A stretch of DNA of 50,724 bases from Acidobacteriota bacterium (GCA_031425515.1 JANPJN010000032.1:1-50724), one strand, 5' to 3'. Shown: positions 1 to 9,145, numbered from the stretch's first letter. Program-made: numbers and translations. Notes: generated from the letters alone by a model not told the origin.

Positions 1-2
1 TC

Positions 3-1784
3 GCCGCCGGTGATCGGCGAAAGGCGGCCGATGCCTTCGTCCGCGTGTATTACGAGTTCCCTCTTTCCGAGGCGGCGACTGTCGCGGGCGCGCAGCTTGC
101 CGGGCTCCAGGATCAGGGGCCCCGCACCAGCGTCAAGCTCGATCTCGCCCGCGCCCAGCTTCTCTTCGGCGCCCGTCGCTACACCGATGCCCGCGCCGCC
201 TTCGACGGGCTGCGGGGCCGGACGGACGGAGACGACAGGGAGCTGGCCGACCTCCGTGTCGCGGAGTGCGATTTCAACCTGAAGCGCTACGCCGCGGCGC
301 GCGATGGAGTCGCTCCCTATCTGGAACGGGCCTCACGCAAGGCCGAAGCGCGCTTCTTCCATCTGAGCAGCCTGCGCGAGCTCGGCGACCACGCGCAGTA
401 CATCGCCCTCACGCGCGCCCTCGTCGCCGAGTTTCCGGACAGCTCCTGGGCGGAGGACGCCCTGAACAACCTCGCGACGCACTACATCCTGACGAGCGAC
501 GACACGCTCGCGACCAGGACGTTCCGCGAGATGTACGAGCGGTTCCCCGCGGGACAGCGCGCGGAGCGGGCCGCCTGGAAGTACGGGTGGGCCAGCTACA
601 AGAGCGGCGACTACGCGGAAACCATCCGCGTGTTCGAATCGGCGTCGCTCGCGTTCCCGCGCTCCGACTACCGCCCGCCGTTTCTCTACTGGGCGGCGCG
701 CGCCCACGCCAGGCTCGACGCCGCCCCGCAGTTCGACGCTCGGCTGCGTCTGGTGCACACCGACTACGCCAACTCCTACTACGGCCGGCTGGCCGGACGT
801 CAGCTCGCGGCCCGCGCCAGGGGGCCCGAGGCCGCGGGCGTCCGACTGGCCTCGCGCGAGCCGGCGCCCGACGCCGCGCCACCCTCAATCACTCCGCCTG
901 CGGAGCCGCTGCCGACCGACGCCGTCATCCGCCTGCTCCTCGCCAACGGGCTGTACGACGATGCGCTGGGGGAGGTGCGATTCGCGCAACGGGCGTGGGG
1001 CAACGCACCCCGGCTGGATGCCACCGTCGCGTGGATTTACCACGAGAAGGGGGAGCTGCGTCGCGCGATCTCGATGATGCGGCGGGCCTACCCCCAGCAT
1101 CTGACCGCCGGCGGACGGCAGCTTCCGCCGGAGATCCTCGCGGTCATCTACCCGCTGGCCTACTGGGACGCCATCCGTCGGCATGCGGCCGCGCACGGCC
1201 TCGATCCCTTCGTCGTCGCGGCGCTCATCGCGCAGGAGTCCACCTTCGAGCCGGAGGCCAGATCCGTCGCCAACGCCTGGGGGCTCATGCAGATCGTGCC
1301 GGCGACCGGCCGGCGCCTCGCGAAGACGTCCGGCCTCCGCGGCTTCACCACCAGTTCGCTCACGAACCCCGAGATCAACATCCGGCTCGGCACGCTGTAC
1401 TTCGCGCGGCTGGTGAAGCAGTTCGGCGGCACTTACTACGCGCTCGCCAGCTACAACGCCGGCGAGAGCCGTATCGTCCGGTGGAAGGCGGAGCGTCCGG
1501 GGCTGGACGAGGATGAATTCATCGACGACATCCCGTTTCCGGAAACGCAGAACTACGTGAAGCGGATCCTCGGCACGGCCGAGGACTATCGCATGTTGTA
1601 CGGCCCGCGTGGCATGATCGATCCGGCTTCGGCGCCTGGGTCCGCGTCCATTCGCACGAGCGAGCCGGACCGTCCCGCCGTCAGCAGGGCGCCTGCGAAG
1701 AAAACCCCCGCGAAGCAGGCCTCCGCGAAAAAGCCCGTCCCGAAGAAGAAAGTCCCGGCCCGCCGCGCGCCTCGCCGGAGGTAG
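3..1784 (+). CDS. slt: soluble lytic murein transglycosylase (Slt70-like), 5' end probably cut by window edge
   Basis: The frame stays open back to nt 3, whereas the ORF track starts it at a GTG at 45. A helical-repeat N-part is followed by the SLT catalytic motifs AQESTFEPEARSVANAWGLMQIVPATG and YNAGESRIVRW. It ends in a Lys/Pro/Ala-rich basic tail. Confidence 0.85.
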   Translation, partial: AAGDRRKAADAFVRVYYEFPLSEAATVAGAQLAGLQDQGPRTSVKLDLARAQLLFGARRYTDARAAFDGLRGRTDGDDRELADLRVAECDFNLKRYAAARDGVAPYLERASRKAEARFFHLSSLRELGDHAQYIALTRALVAEFPDSSWAEDALNNLATHYILTSDDTLATRTFREMYERFPAGQRAERAAWKYGWASYKSGDYAETIRVFESASLAFPRSDYRPPFLYWAARAHARLDAAPQFDARLRLVHTDYANSYYGRLAGRQLAARARGPEAAGVRLASREPAPDAAPPSITPPAEPLPTDAVIRLLLANGLYDDALGEVRFAQRAWGNAPRLDATVAWIYHEKGELRRAISMMRRAYPQHLTAGGRQLPPEILAVIYPLAYWDAIRRHAAAHGLDPFVVAALIAQESTFEPEARSVANAWGLMQIVPATGRRLAKTSGLRGFTTSSLTNPEINIRLGTLYFARLVKQFGGTYYALASYNAGESRIVRWKAERPGLDEDEFIDDIPFPETQNYVKRILGTAEDYRMLYGPRGMIDPASAPGSASIRTSEPDRPAVSRAPAKKTPAKQASAKKPVPKKKVPARRAPRRR

Positions 1785-1830
1785 CCCGCCCTCCAGGCAC
1801 CGCCCCGACGACGGACGCTGACGCACACCG

Positions 1831-3510
1831 TCAGGGAAACGACACGATCTCGAACAGGCTCATGTCCGCATCACTGGCCAGCGGCCGGAGATGCCTGGCA
1901 AATGGACGCAGTTGCTCGCGCACGTCCGCGGCGCGCGGCCCGAACATGTTCCAGTGCACGCCGATGTAGCGCACGCGCCGCCGCTGCAGCACCGCGAACG
2001 CATCGTCTGACGGGAACGAGTCGAGCACGTACGCCGCCTCGCGGAAATCGAGTGGGATGTGATCGCTGTAGCCGTTGACGAGCGGCATCCAGTGCGAGGC
2101 CGACAGCACCATGTACTGGGCGTGGAGTGGGAACGCGACGCGCTCGCCGTAGAACGGGAACTCGGCGACCGGGCCCTTCGGCATCTGCGCCAGCATGGCG
2201 TACGGCGAGGGGACCGGCAGCGCCCGCTCCCAGGGAAACGGCAGCACGTTCAACTCCGCAACCCCCGCGAGCACCAGCACGACTCCGCCGATCGCCGCGC
2301 GCATCGGAGGGAGGCGAAGCCTCGCGAGCGCGAGCGCCGCCAGGACGGCGAGCGCGAACGGCACCACCAGGCCGAAGCGCGACGGGGCACGGAGAAACGT
2401 GAACAGCGGAATGGCGTGGAACAGGAGCGTATACAGCCCGGCGGCCGGACCGAACGATGCCCAGAAAGCCAGCGCGCCGAGCGAGCCGTAGAGCACGGCG
2501 GTCTCGCGCGCGGCCGCGGGCGCACGACCTTCCGGAGTGCGATGCCGCAGGCCGATCACGAGCCCCCCGAGACCCAGCGAGACCAGGAGGAGTCCTGGGA
2601 AGAGCACCTCGCCGCTGCGCCATCCGAGGTCCATGGCCACGCGCGTGATCCACCCGTGTGCGTGCGCCGGTGACGCCAGGTAGCTGGCCGTCGTCGCCGA
2701 GTACCGCGCCGCGTCGCCTATGGTCCGCCGGAACCCCGCGTCCTGCTGGATGCCGATGTAGGGGAGGAAGAAGGGCAGCACGCAGAGCACCGAGGTCGCG
2801 GCCGCGATGGCGACCGCCGTCCAGTAGGGGCGCACGCGCCACAGGCTCCTGCTGACGGCGAAGAAGATCGCGCCGTACCCGACCATCAGGCCCGCGAAGA
2901 TGCCGTAGTACGCGCAGGCCAGTGCCTGCGCGGCGAGCGTCAGGCCTAGCAGCACGCCACGCCACGGCGTCGGTGCGTCGGCCACGCGGTGCAGCGCCAG
3001 CATGGCGAGCGGGATGCCGCCGGCCATCAGCAACTGGATGTGCGGCATGTGCGAGAAGAAGTACGGGCAGAAGCCGAAGAGCACCGCCGAGACCGCCGCC
3101 GCCGGCGTGCTGCCCGAGAGGCGGCGCGCGAGCAGGAAGGTGCCCAGTAGCGTCGTGACGAAGGCGAAGACCAGAGCCGTGTTCAGCGTCGCGTACGGAT
3201 TCCTGGTGAGCCACCAGGCGGGGGACGCGATCACCCCGCCGAGCAGGTTCGCTTCCGAGAAGGCCAGCGCGTTGGTATGCGGGTGGAAGATGTTGGCGTC
3301 GAGCAGGTGGGCCGGATCCGCCACGACGGTTCGCGCCACCCACGAGATGTTCCAGATGGCGTACAAGCCATCCATCGTCTGGGTGCGCCCGAGGCGCCCG
3401 AAGCCGGCGGCGAGCGGCCAGGTCATCACGATGACCAGCGCCAGTGCGGCCGCGCACCCCGCGGCGGCGCGCCACGCACGCCCCGCGATGGTGTCCGGAG
3501 GTCGCTCCAT
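1831..3510 (-). CDS. large polytopic membrane protein with C-terminal soluble domain (GT-C/YfhO-like fold suspected, family not identified)
   Basis: ORF 1831..3768 trimmed to the ATG at 3510 (MERPPDTIAGRAW...). The 86 upstream codons are Arg/Pro-rich and overlap the divergent gene. Many hydrophobic helices are followed by a non-membrane tail (...VRYIGVHWNMFGPRAADVREQL...). Confidence 0.7.
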   Translation of the reverse strand: MERPPDTIAGRAWRAAAGCAAALALVIVMTWPLAAGFGRLGRTQTMDGLYAIWNISWVARTVVADPAHLLDANIFHPHTNALAFSEANLLGGVIASPAWWLTRNPYATLNTALVFAFVTTLLGTFLLARRLSGSTPAAAVSAVLFGFCPYFFSHMPHIQLLMAGGIPLAMLALHRVADAPTPWRGVLLGLTLAAQALACAYYGIFAGLMVGYGAIFFAVSRSLWRVRPYWTAVAIAAATSVLCVLPFFLPYIGIQQDAGFRRTIGDAARYSATTASYLASPAHAHGWITRVAMDLGWRSGEVLFPGLLLVSLGLGGLVIGLRHRTPEGRAPAAARETAVLYGSLGALAFWASFGPAAGLYTLLFHAIPLFTFLRAPSRFGLVVPFALAVLAALALARLRLPPMRAAIGGVVLVLAGVAELNVLPFPWERALPVPSPYAMLAQMPKGPVAEFPFYGERVAFPLHAQYMVLSASHWMPLVNGYSDHIPLDFREAAYVLDSFPSDDAFAVLQRRRVRYIGVHWNMFGPRAADVREQLRPFARHLRPLASDADMSLFEIVSFP

Positions 3511-3515
3511 GTAGA

Positions 3516-6221
3516 ATGCCGGACATTCTAACGCCAATACGCCTCCCTGTATCCGTGTCCTCCCTTGCCACCAGTTCTCTCGCGCTGATCGCCGCCGCCT
3601 CGGCGTGGGTGTCGCAGGGCACGATTGCGGCCTCGGTTGCCGGTGGCCCGCGCGTGGCGGCGCTGCCGCTGTCGGTCCCGTCGATACTGATCGTGGCTGC
3701 GGCCGCGGCCTCCGTCGTCGCGGTGCGGCGGGCCGGCGCGTCACTCGCGCCGCTCTGGCTGCTGACACTGGTGTGGCTCCCGTGGCTCCCCGGGCCGATG
3801 CCCCCTGCGTGGCTGATGTGGTCGGGCCCTCTCACCGTCCTGGTCTGGATCGGGATCGTCGTCGCGGTGCTGGCCGGGGCCGGCGGCGTTGCCACACGCG
3901 CACGGTGGCGGGCGTGGGATGCGATGGTGCGTCGCCCCCCGCTGGCCGCATTTGTGCTGGCGTTCGGCGTCTACGCGGTCGCGGCCTGGCAGGTCTCGCC
4001 GTCGATACCGGGCGGCGATGAGCCGCACTATCTGATCATCACGCAGAGCCTGCTGACGGACGGCGACATCCGCATCGAGAACAATCATCGAGCGGGGGAC
4101 TACCGCGCCTACTTCGCCGGCGACCTCTCGAAGCCGGACTACCGCAAGCGCGGTCGCAACGGCGAGATCTACTCGATCCACGCGCCGGGCCTGCCAGTAC
4201 TGATTGCCCCCGCGTTTGCCCTCGGCGGCTACCGGGGCGTCGTCCTGTTCCTGCTGATCGTGGCCGCGGCCGGCAGCGCGCTCGCGTGGCATCTGGCCTG
4301 GCTGGTCACGCGGCGCATCGACGCGGGGTGGTTCGGGTGGGCGGCCGTCACGTTCTCGACCAGTTCGGTGTTTCACAGCTTCACCGTGTATCCGGATGGG
4401 CCGGGCGGCGTGCTCGTGCTGACCGGTGTCTGGGCGCTGCTGCGGGCAGAGCAGGACGCCGGGAGCGGGGATGAGCGCACGGCGCCGTGGCTCGCGCACG
4501 GCGCGGCGCTCGCGTTGCTGCCCTGGGTCCACACACGGTTCGCGCTGATCGCCGGAAGCCTGGGGGCGCTGCTCCTTCTCCGGCTCGGCACCAATCGCAA
4601 CGCGGCCGGCAAGGCGGTGGCGTTTCTCGCCGTCCCCGCGGTGAGCGCGCTCTGCTGGGTAGGGTTCTTCGTCGGCGTGTACGGTTCCCCGGATCCGTCG
4701 GTGCCCTACGCCAACGAGGAAGGATCCGCCAGCTTCATCCCGGGCGGTCTGGCCGGGCTCTTCTTCGACCAGCGCTTCGGCCTGCTCGCGTACGCGCCTG
4801 TGCTGCTGTGCTGCTTCGTCGGGTTGTGGCAGATGGTCTGGCGCCGTCCTTCCCGGCGACTCGGAGCCGAATTGCTGTTCGTCCTCGTCCCGTACCTGCT
4901 GGCGGTCACGCATTTCGCCATGTGGTGGGGAGGCACGAGCGCGCCGGCCCGATTCTTCGTGCCGATGCTGCCGATGCTCGCCATCCCGGCCGCGGTCACG
5001 TGGACGGCCAGCGGCCGCACGACCCGGGCCGCCGCGCTCGGCGCCCTCGTGCTGACGATATTCGCGGCCGCGGCGCTCGTGCTCGTCGATGGCGGCCGTC
5101 TGGCGTACAACGTGCGTCAGGGCTACGCGCTCTGGCTCGAGTGGCTCAGTCCCTCCACCGATCTCGGCCGCGGGCTGCCGGCCTGGTGGCGCGGCAGCGA
5201 CGCGATCCTCTATCGCGACATCGGGGTGTGGGGGGTCGCCTTCGCGGCCGCCTGGGGGATCATGCGCGCACTCGAGGGCACGCGGTGGACGGCCACACGG
5301 GCCGCGCTCGCCACCGCAACTGCTGCGGTGTATGCGGTCGCCGCGATGGCGTCGGTGACGGTGCTGTGGCGATTTGTCGGCGTCCGCGGATCCAGCGACA
5401 CTCCCTCGCAGCTGTCGCTGCTTCGCCGGGTCGCATCAGAGCCCCGCCTGCTGGCGTTTGAACTGCCAGGGCTCCACCGGCTGGCGGCGCTCGACGTTCC
5501 GGGGATGCTCTCGATTGAGCCCGCCCCCTCCACGACGCTCGGCGGCGCCGGCCCGAACGACCGGCCGCTTTTCCAGATTGCGGGCGTTCCGGCGGGCCGG
5601 TATCGGCTGGACCCGGAGGGCCCGAACGTCTCGGGGTGGCTGATGGTCGGGATCGGCCGCGACCAGTTCTCGCTGCAGAGCGGACCGCTCTCCCGTGCGC
5701 CCGTTCCCATCCTCATGGACTTTCCCGTGGACGTGCGGGCGATCGTCGTCCGGGGCGACGAACAGGCACGGCGGTCGATTCAGTCGCTGCGCATCACGCC
5801 GCTGTCGATCGTGCCCCCCGGTGCCAGGTTCGCGGCCGGGCCTGCCCGTCAGGCGGTGCGGTACAGCGGCGGCACGGCCTACTTCCTGGACGACCGCAGC
5901 TTCGCGGAGCCGGAAGCCTTCTGGGTCGGTGGCGGCCGCACGTCTTCTGTGGTGCTCCAGCCCGAGACCGATGTCCGCGCGGTGGCAGTCATCGTGCGGA
6001 ATGGCCCGGTCCAGAACCACGCGATGCTGGCCGCCGGTGCATGGACCGCGGACCTCACCCTGGCGCCCGGGGAAGAACGGCGCCTCGACGTTCCGCTCGA
6101 GGCCGGTCGTCGGGCGGCTCTGGTGACGATCGCCGTGAGTGGCGGCTTCCGTCCGTCTGAGATTGACCCGTCCAGCCGCGACACCCGCTTCCTCGGCCTG
6201 TGGGTCCGGATCGTGAACTGA
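3516..6221 (+). CDS. very large (~900 aa) polytopic membrane protein with DEPHY loop motif and ~350-aa C-terminal beta-rich domain; putative GT-C-type glycosyltransferase
   Basis: ORF 3444..6221 trimmed to ATG 3516, with an alternative in-frame GTG at 3555. It has many TM helices. The first large loop carries GGDEPHYLIITQSLLTDGDIRIENN, reminiscent of the Asp-Glu loop-1 motif of PMT/ArnT-type GT-C enzymes. Confidence 0.7.
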   Translation: MPDILTPIRLPVSVSSLATSSLALIAAASAWVSQGTIAASVAGGPRVAALPLSVPSILIVAAAAASVVAVRRAGASLAPLWLLTLVWLPWLPGPMPPAWLMWSGPLTVLVWIGIVVAVLAGAGGVATRARWRAWDAMVRRPPLAAFVLAFGVYAVAAWQVSPSIPGGDEPHYLIITQSLLTDGDIRIENNHRAGDYRAYFAGDLSKPDYRKRGRNGEIYSIHAPGLPVLIAPAFALGGYRGVVLFLLIVAAAGSALAWHLAWLVTRRIDAGWFGWAAVTFSTSSVFHSFTVYPDGPGGVLVLTGVWALLRAEQDAGSGDERTAPWLAHGAALALLPWVHTRFALIAGSLGALLLLRLGTNRNAAGKAVAFLAVPAVSALCWVGFFVGVYGSPDPSVPYANEEGSASFIPGGLAGLFFDQRFGLLAYAPVLLCCFVGLWQMVWRRPSRRLGAELLFVLVPYLLAVTHFAMWWGGTSAPARFFVPMLPMLAIPAAVTWTASGRTTRAAALGALVLTIFAAAALVLVDGGRLAYNVRQGYALWLEWLSPSTDLGRGLPAWWRGSDAILYRDIGVWGVAFAAAWGIMRALEGTRWTATRAALATATAAVYAVAAMASVTVLWRFVGVRGSSDTPSQLSLLRRVASEPRLLAFELPGLHRLAALDVPGMLSIEPAPSTTLGGAGPNDRPLFQIAGVPAGRYRLDPEGPNVSGWLMVGIGRDQFSLQSGPLSRAPVPILMDFPVDVRAIVVRGDEQARRSIQSLRITPLSIVPPGARFAAGPARQAVRYSGGTAYFLDDRSFAEPEAFWVGGGRTSSVVLQPETDVRAVAVIVRNGPVQNHAMLAAGAWTADLTLAPGEERRLDVPLEAGRRAALVTIAVSGGFRPSEIDPSSRDTRFLGLWVRIVN

Positions 6222-6428
6222 GCCGCCGCTGGACTGCGGAGCTGAGGGGAGCGGAGGAGGAAGACCAGAGTCAAACACGGATGACACGGACAGGCGCGGA
6301 GGGATCACGCCGGTGCCGTCGAGGGTCCGCTGACTGGCCGCTTCGCGCGGCAACGGCCAGGCAGGGCTGTTAGACGACTCCGTGTCCGTCCGTGCTCGTC
6401 CGTCACATCCGTGTAAGAGCGGAGCGGC

Positions 6429-7247
6429 TCAGAAGCGGACGACGCCGCCGAAGTAGAGCCCCTTCAATTGCAGGTTCCCCTCGTCCTGCTCGATCTTGTA
6501 GAGGACGTCGAAGGACCGATAACCCACCTGCGCCCCGACATTGTTCGTGAAGTTGACGGTGCCGTAGAGGTCGAAGTCGTAGTACTTCGCGCGGTAGTCG
6601 GCATCGACGCTTTCGGGCAGCTTGATGCCGCTGAACTCTCCCGTGATCGAGATGTTCGGCACGACATACACGCGGGCGATGCCGCCAATCGCCGGGATCG
6701 GCGCGCGGGCCCTGGCGAACTCGCTCGCGAAGAAATTGCTGAGGGTCGCCTGCACGTCGGTGTACTTGGCCTCGAGAATGAGCCCGACGAAGCCGCGGTC
6801 ACGGCTGATGAAGTCGTACTCGTACCCGAATCGGTACGCCTTCCACTGCAGGTTCGTCGTCACGGGCAACGTGACCGGAAATTTGATGCCGTTGAATACC
6901 ACCTCGGCGGTGAGCTGCCCTTCGGCGTCGTAGGTGATCGGCGTGTACTCGAAACGGAACTTGTGCTTCTTCGCCGGACGCAGCACGACCTTCATCTGCC
7001 GGAAGCGCTTCTTCGCGATCCCCAGATCGTTCACGAAATCGATCTGGGAGCCGACGATGCCCAGCGATTCGCTGCTGATGATGATGTCGGGGGTCGGGTT
7101 CCACAGGGCGCCCGTGAACTCGACGTGGTAGCGCTCGCCGGTGGCCGCCTCGGAGGCCCCCTTCACCGAATACTGGGCGTGCGCCGGGGCCGCGCCAAGC
7201 GTCAGGCCCAGACACAATACGGATATCGCTGCAGCACGTGTGCGCAT
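6429..7247 (-). CDS. outer-membrane beta-barrel protein (signal peptide, C-terminal Phe)
   Basis: ORF 6429..7553 trimmed to ATG 7247 (MRTRAAAISVLCLGLTLGAAPAHA/QY). The sequence shows alternating amphipathic strands and ends ...LKGLYFGGVVRF. The upstream 102 codons are Arg/Gly/Pro junk. Confidence 0.8.
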   Translation of the reverse strand: MRTRAAAISVLCLGLTLGAAPAHAQYSVKGASEAATGERYHVEFTGALWNPTPDIIISSESLGIVGSQIDFVNDLGIAKKRFRQMKVVLRPAKKHKFRFEYTPITYDAEGQLTAEVVFNGIKFPVTLPVTTNLQWKAYRFGYEYDFISRDRGFVGLILEAKYTDVQATLSNFFASEFARARAPIPAIGGIARVYVVPNISITGEFSGIKLPESVDADYRAKYYDFDLYGTVNFTNNVGAQVGYRSFDVLYKIEQDEGNLQLKGLYFGGVVRF

Positions 7248-7352
7248 GAGTCTTCTCGCCCCGGATGGGTTCAGTGGAAACGAGGCCCTGCCGCGGGAGG
7301 GCCGGGGTGCCTGCTGGGATAGGCTCGTCGAGGATAGCACATCGGCACGCGC

Positions 7353-7361
7353 TGCTATACT
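7353..7361 (+). promoter_or_regulatory. extended -10 promoter element TGcTATACT, 8 nt before the ABC gene ATG (leaderless-type)
   Basis: tgctatact at 7353-7361, ATG at 7370. No good -35 is present, which is consistent with the extended -10 class. Confidence 0.4.
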
Positions 7362-7369
7362 CGATCGAG

Positions 7370-9145
7370 ATGGGCCGCGCGTTTCGCCGTCTCTTTCCCT
7401 TCGTCCTCCGCTACCGCCGCCAGTTCCTCCTCGGCCTGCTCTGCGTGGTGCTGTCCTCCACGTTCCAGCTGCTGGGACCGTGGGTGCTGAAGTACGCCAT
7501 CGACGACCTCGGCCAGGCGGTGACCCGCCAGAAGCTGGTGTTGTATGCGGCACTGATTCTCGGTGTCGCCTGCGTGCGGGGGCTCTTCCTCTTTCTCATG
7601 CGGCGGATCATCATCGGCGCGTCGCGCGAGATCGAATACGACATGCGCAACGCCTTCTTCGCCAGGCTCCAGCAGATGCCGCTGGCGTTCTACCAGGCGC
7701 GGCGCACTGGTGACCTGATGTCGCGCGCGACCAACGACCTCAATGCCGTCCGCACCATGATCGGCCCGGCCGTGATGTATTCGGCCAGCACGCTGCTCGT
7801 CTTCGTCGTCGCGATCGTGCTCATGTCGTCGATCGACATGAAGCTCACGCTGATTGCGCTTCTCCCGCTGCCGCTGGTGTCGATCAGCGTCAAATATTTC
7901 GGGAGTGCGATCCACCGCCGATTCGAGGCCATCCAGGCGCAGCTCTCGGACCTGAGCGCCGTCGTCCAGGAAACGCTGGCCGGCGTCCGCGTGGTGCGGG
8001 CGTACAACCAGGAGCCGTACGAGATCGAGCGCTTCCGCGGCGCCAACGAGGAGTACGTGCGGCGCAACCGGGTGCTGATCAAGCTGCAGGGCATGTTCTA
8101 CCCGAGCCTGACGCTGTTTCTCGGGATCGGGTCGCTGCTGGTGCTCTGGGTCGGCAGCCGCGAGGTCATCGGCGGCCGGATCACCGTGGGGGAGTTCGTC
8201 GCCTTCAATTCATATCTCGTGATGCTCAGCTGGCCGATGATTGCCTTCGGCTGGGTGACGAACATGCTCCAGCGCGGCATGGCGTCGTGGAAGCGCATGC
8301 TCGAGATTCTCGACAGCGAGCCCGACATCGGCGATGCGCACGTGACCGACGCCGGCCGTTCGGCGCCGCTCATCGGCGGCATTGAAATTCGCGACCTCGT
8401 GTTCACGTACCCGGGCGCCGCGCACCCCGTCCTCGATCACGTTTCACTGCGCATCGAGCCGGGCCAGACCGTCGCCTTCGTCGGCGCGACGGGCTCCGGC
8501 AAGTCAACGCTCATCCATCTGCTGCCGCGGCTGCACGAGCCCCCGGCCGGCACGGTGTTTCTCGACGGCGTGGACGTGCGCGAGATCCCCCTGGCTTCGC
8601 TGCGCGGCGCCATCGGCTTCGTGCCGCAGGAGCCGTTTCTGTTCTCTGACACGATCGCCGAGAACATTGCCTTTGGCGTCCAGACCGGGCCGGACGCCGC
8701 GAGCCCGGCCACGCTCGACGCGCGTATCCGCGACGCCGCGGCGATCGCGCGGCTCGACAAGGATGTCGACGCCTTCCCGAACGGCTACGACACCACGGTC
8801 GGGGAGCGCGGCATCACGCTCTCCGGCGGTCAGAAACAGCGGACGGCGCTCGCCCGCGCGCTGATGGTGGACCCTCGTGTCCTCATCCTGGACGATGCGC
8901 TGTCGGCGGTGGATACCTATACCGAGGAAGAAATCCTGTCGCGGCTGCGTGGCGTGATGCGCCGCCGCACCGCGATCATCGTCGCGCACCGCGTCTCGAC
9001 CGTGCGGGACGCCGATCAGATCTTCGTGCTCGACCGCGGCCGCATCGCGGAGCGCGGCCGGCACACTGAGCTCGTCGCCCACGGCGGCCTGTACGCGACC
9101 CTCTACAAGCGTCAGCTCCTGGAAGAGGAGCTGGCGGCAAGCTGA
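7370..9145 (+). CDS. ABC exporter permease/ATPase half-transporter, degenerate-site subunit of a heterodimer
   Basis: ORF 7265..9145 trimmed to ATG 7370 (MGRAFRRLFPFVLRYRRQ). It has a six-helix TMD, Walker A GATGSGKST, signature LSGGQKQR, and Walker B ILDDALSAVD with Asp in place of the catalytic Glu. Confidence 0.9.
   Translation: MGRAFRRLFPFVLRYRRQFLLGLLCVVLSSTFQLLGPWVLKYAIDDLGQAVTRQKLVLYAALILGVACVRGLFLFLMRRIIIGASREIEYDMRNAFFARLQQMPLAFYQARRTGDLMSRATNDLNAVRTMIGPAVMYSASTLLVFVVAIVLMSSIDMKLTLIALLPLPLVSISVKYFGSAIHRRFEAIQAQLSDLSAVVQETLAGVRVVRAYNQEPYEIERFRGANEEYVRRNRVLIKLQGMFYPSLTLFLGIGSLLVLWVGSREVIGGRITVGEFVAFNSYLVMLSWPMIAFGWVTNMLQRGMASWKRMLEILDSEPDIGDAHVTDAGRSAPLIGGIEIRDLVFTYPGAAHPVLDHVSLRIEPGQTVAFVGATGSGKSTLIHLLPRLHEPPAGTVFLDGVDVREIPLASLRGAIGFVPQEPFLFSDTIAENIAFGVQTGPDAASPATLDARIRDAAAIARLDKDVDAFPNGYDTTVGERGITLSGGQKQRTALARALMVDPRVLILDDALSAVDTYTEEEILSRLRGVMRRRTAIIVAHRVSTVRDADQIFVLDRGRIAERGRHTELVAHGGLYATLYKRQLLEEELAAS

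Noticed and set aside
1818-1834. GC hairpins after convergent or operon-end genes as intrinsic terminators: CTGACG-CACAC-CGTCAG at 1818-1834, CACGCC-GCTC-GGCGTG at 41214-41229, and an 8-bp GGGGCCCG/CGGGCCCC stem at about 16698-16717.
   Set aside because: The stems are real but none is followed by a U-tract, so I did not annotate them as terminators.
1871-3895. Long ORFs antisense to or out of frame with recognisable genes. Examples are 1871..3895, 3741..4913, 10935..12110, 14275..15891, 15059..16528, 17577..19190, 21900..23594, 25651..26826, 30765..32081, 34212..35753, 44821..47130 and 46941..48359.
   Set aside because: Their translations are Arg/Pro/Gly/Ala-rich low-complexity sequences with no motifs, and each fully overlaps a gene with clear family signatures on another frame. 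Stop-codon-poor alternative frames are expected in very GC-rich DNA.
6429-7553. Long N-terminal extensions on track ORFs: 6429..7553, 25220..26848, 25403..26875, 28779..29945, 33044..33892, 37634..39007, 37766..38845, 38583..39374, 46263..48239, 1831..3768 and 3444..6221.
   Set aside because: The extensions are compositional junk and overlap neighbouring genes. Internal starts give proper signal peptides, conserved N-termini or 1-4 nt coupling overlaps, so I trimmed the calls.
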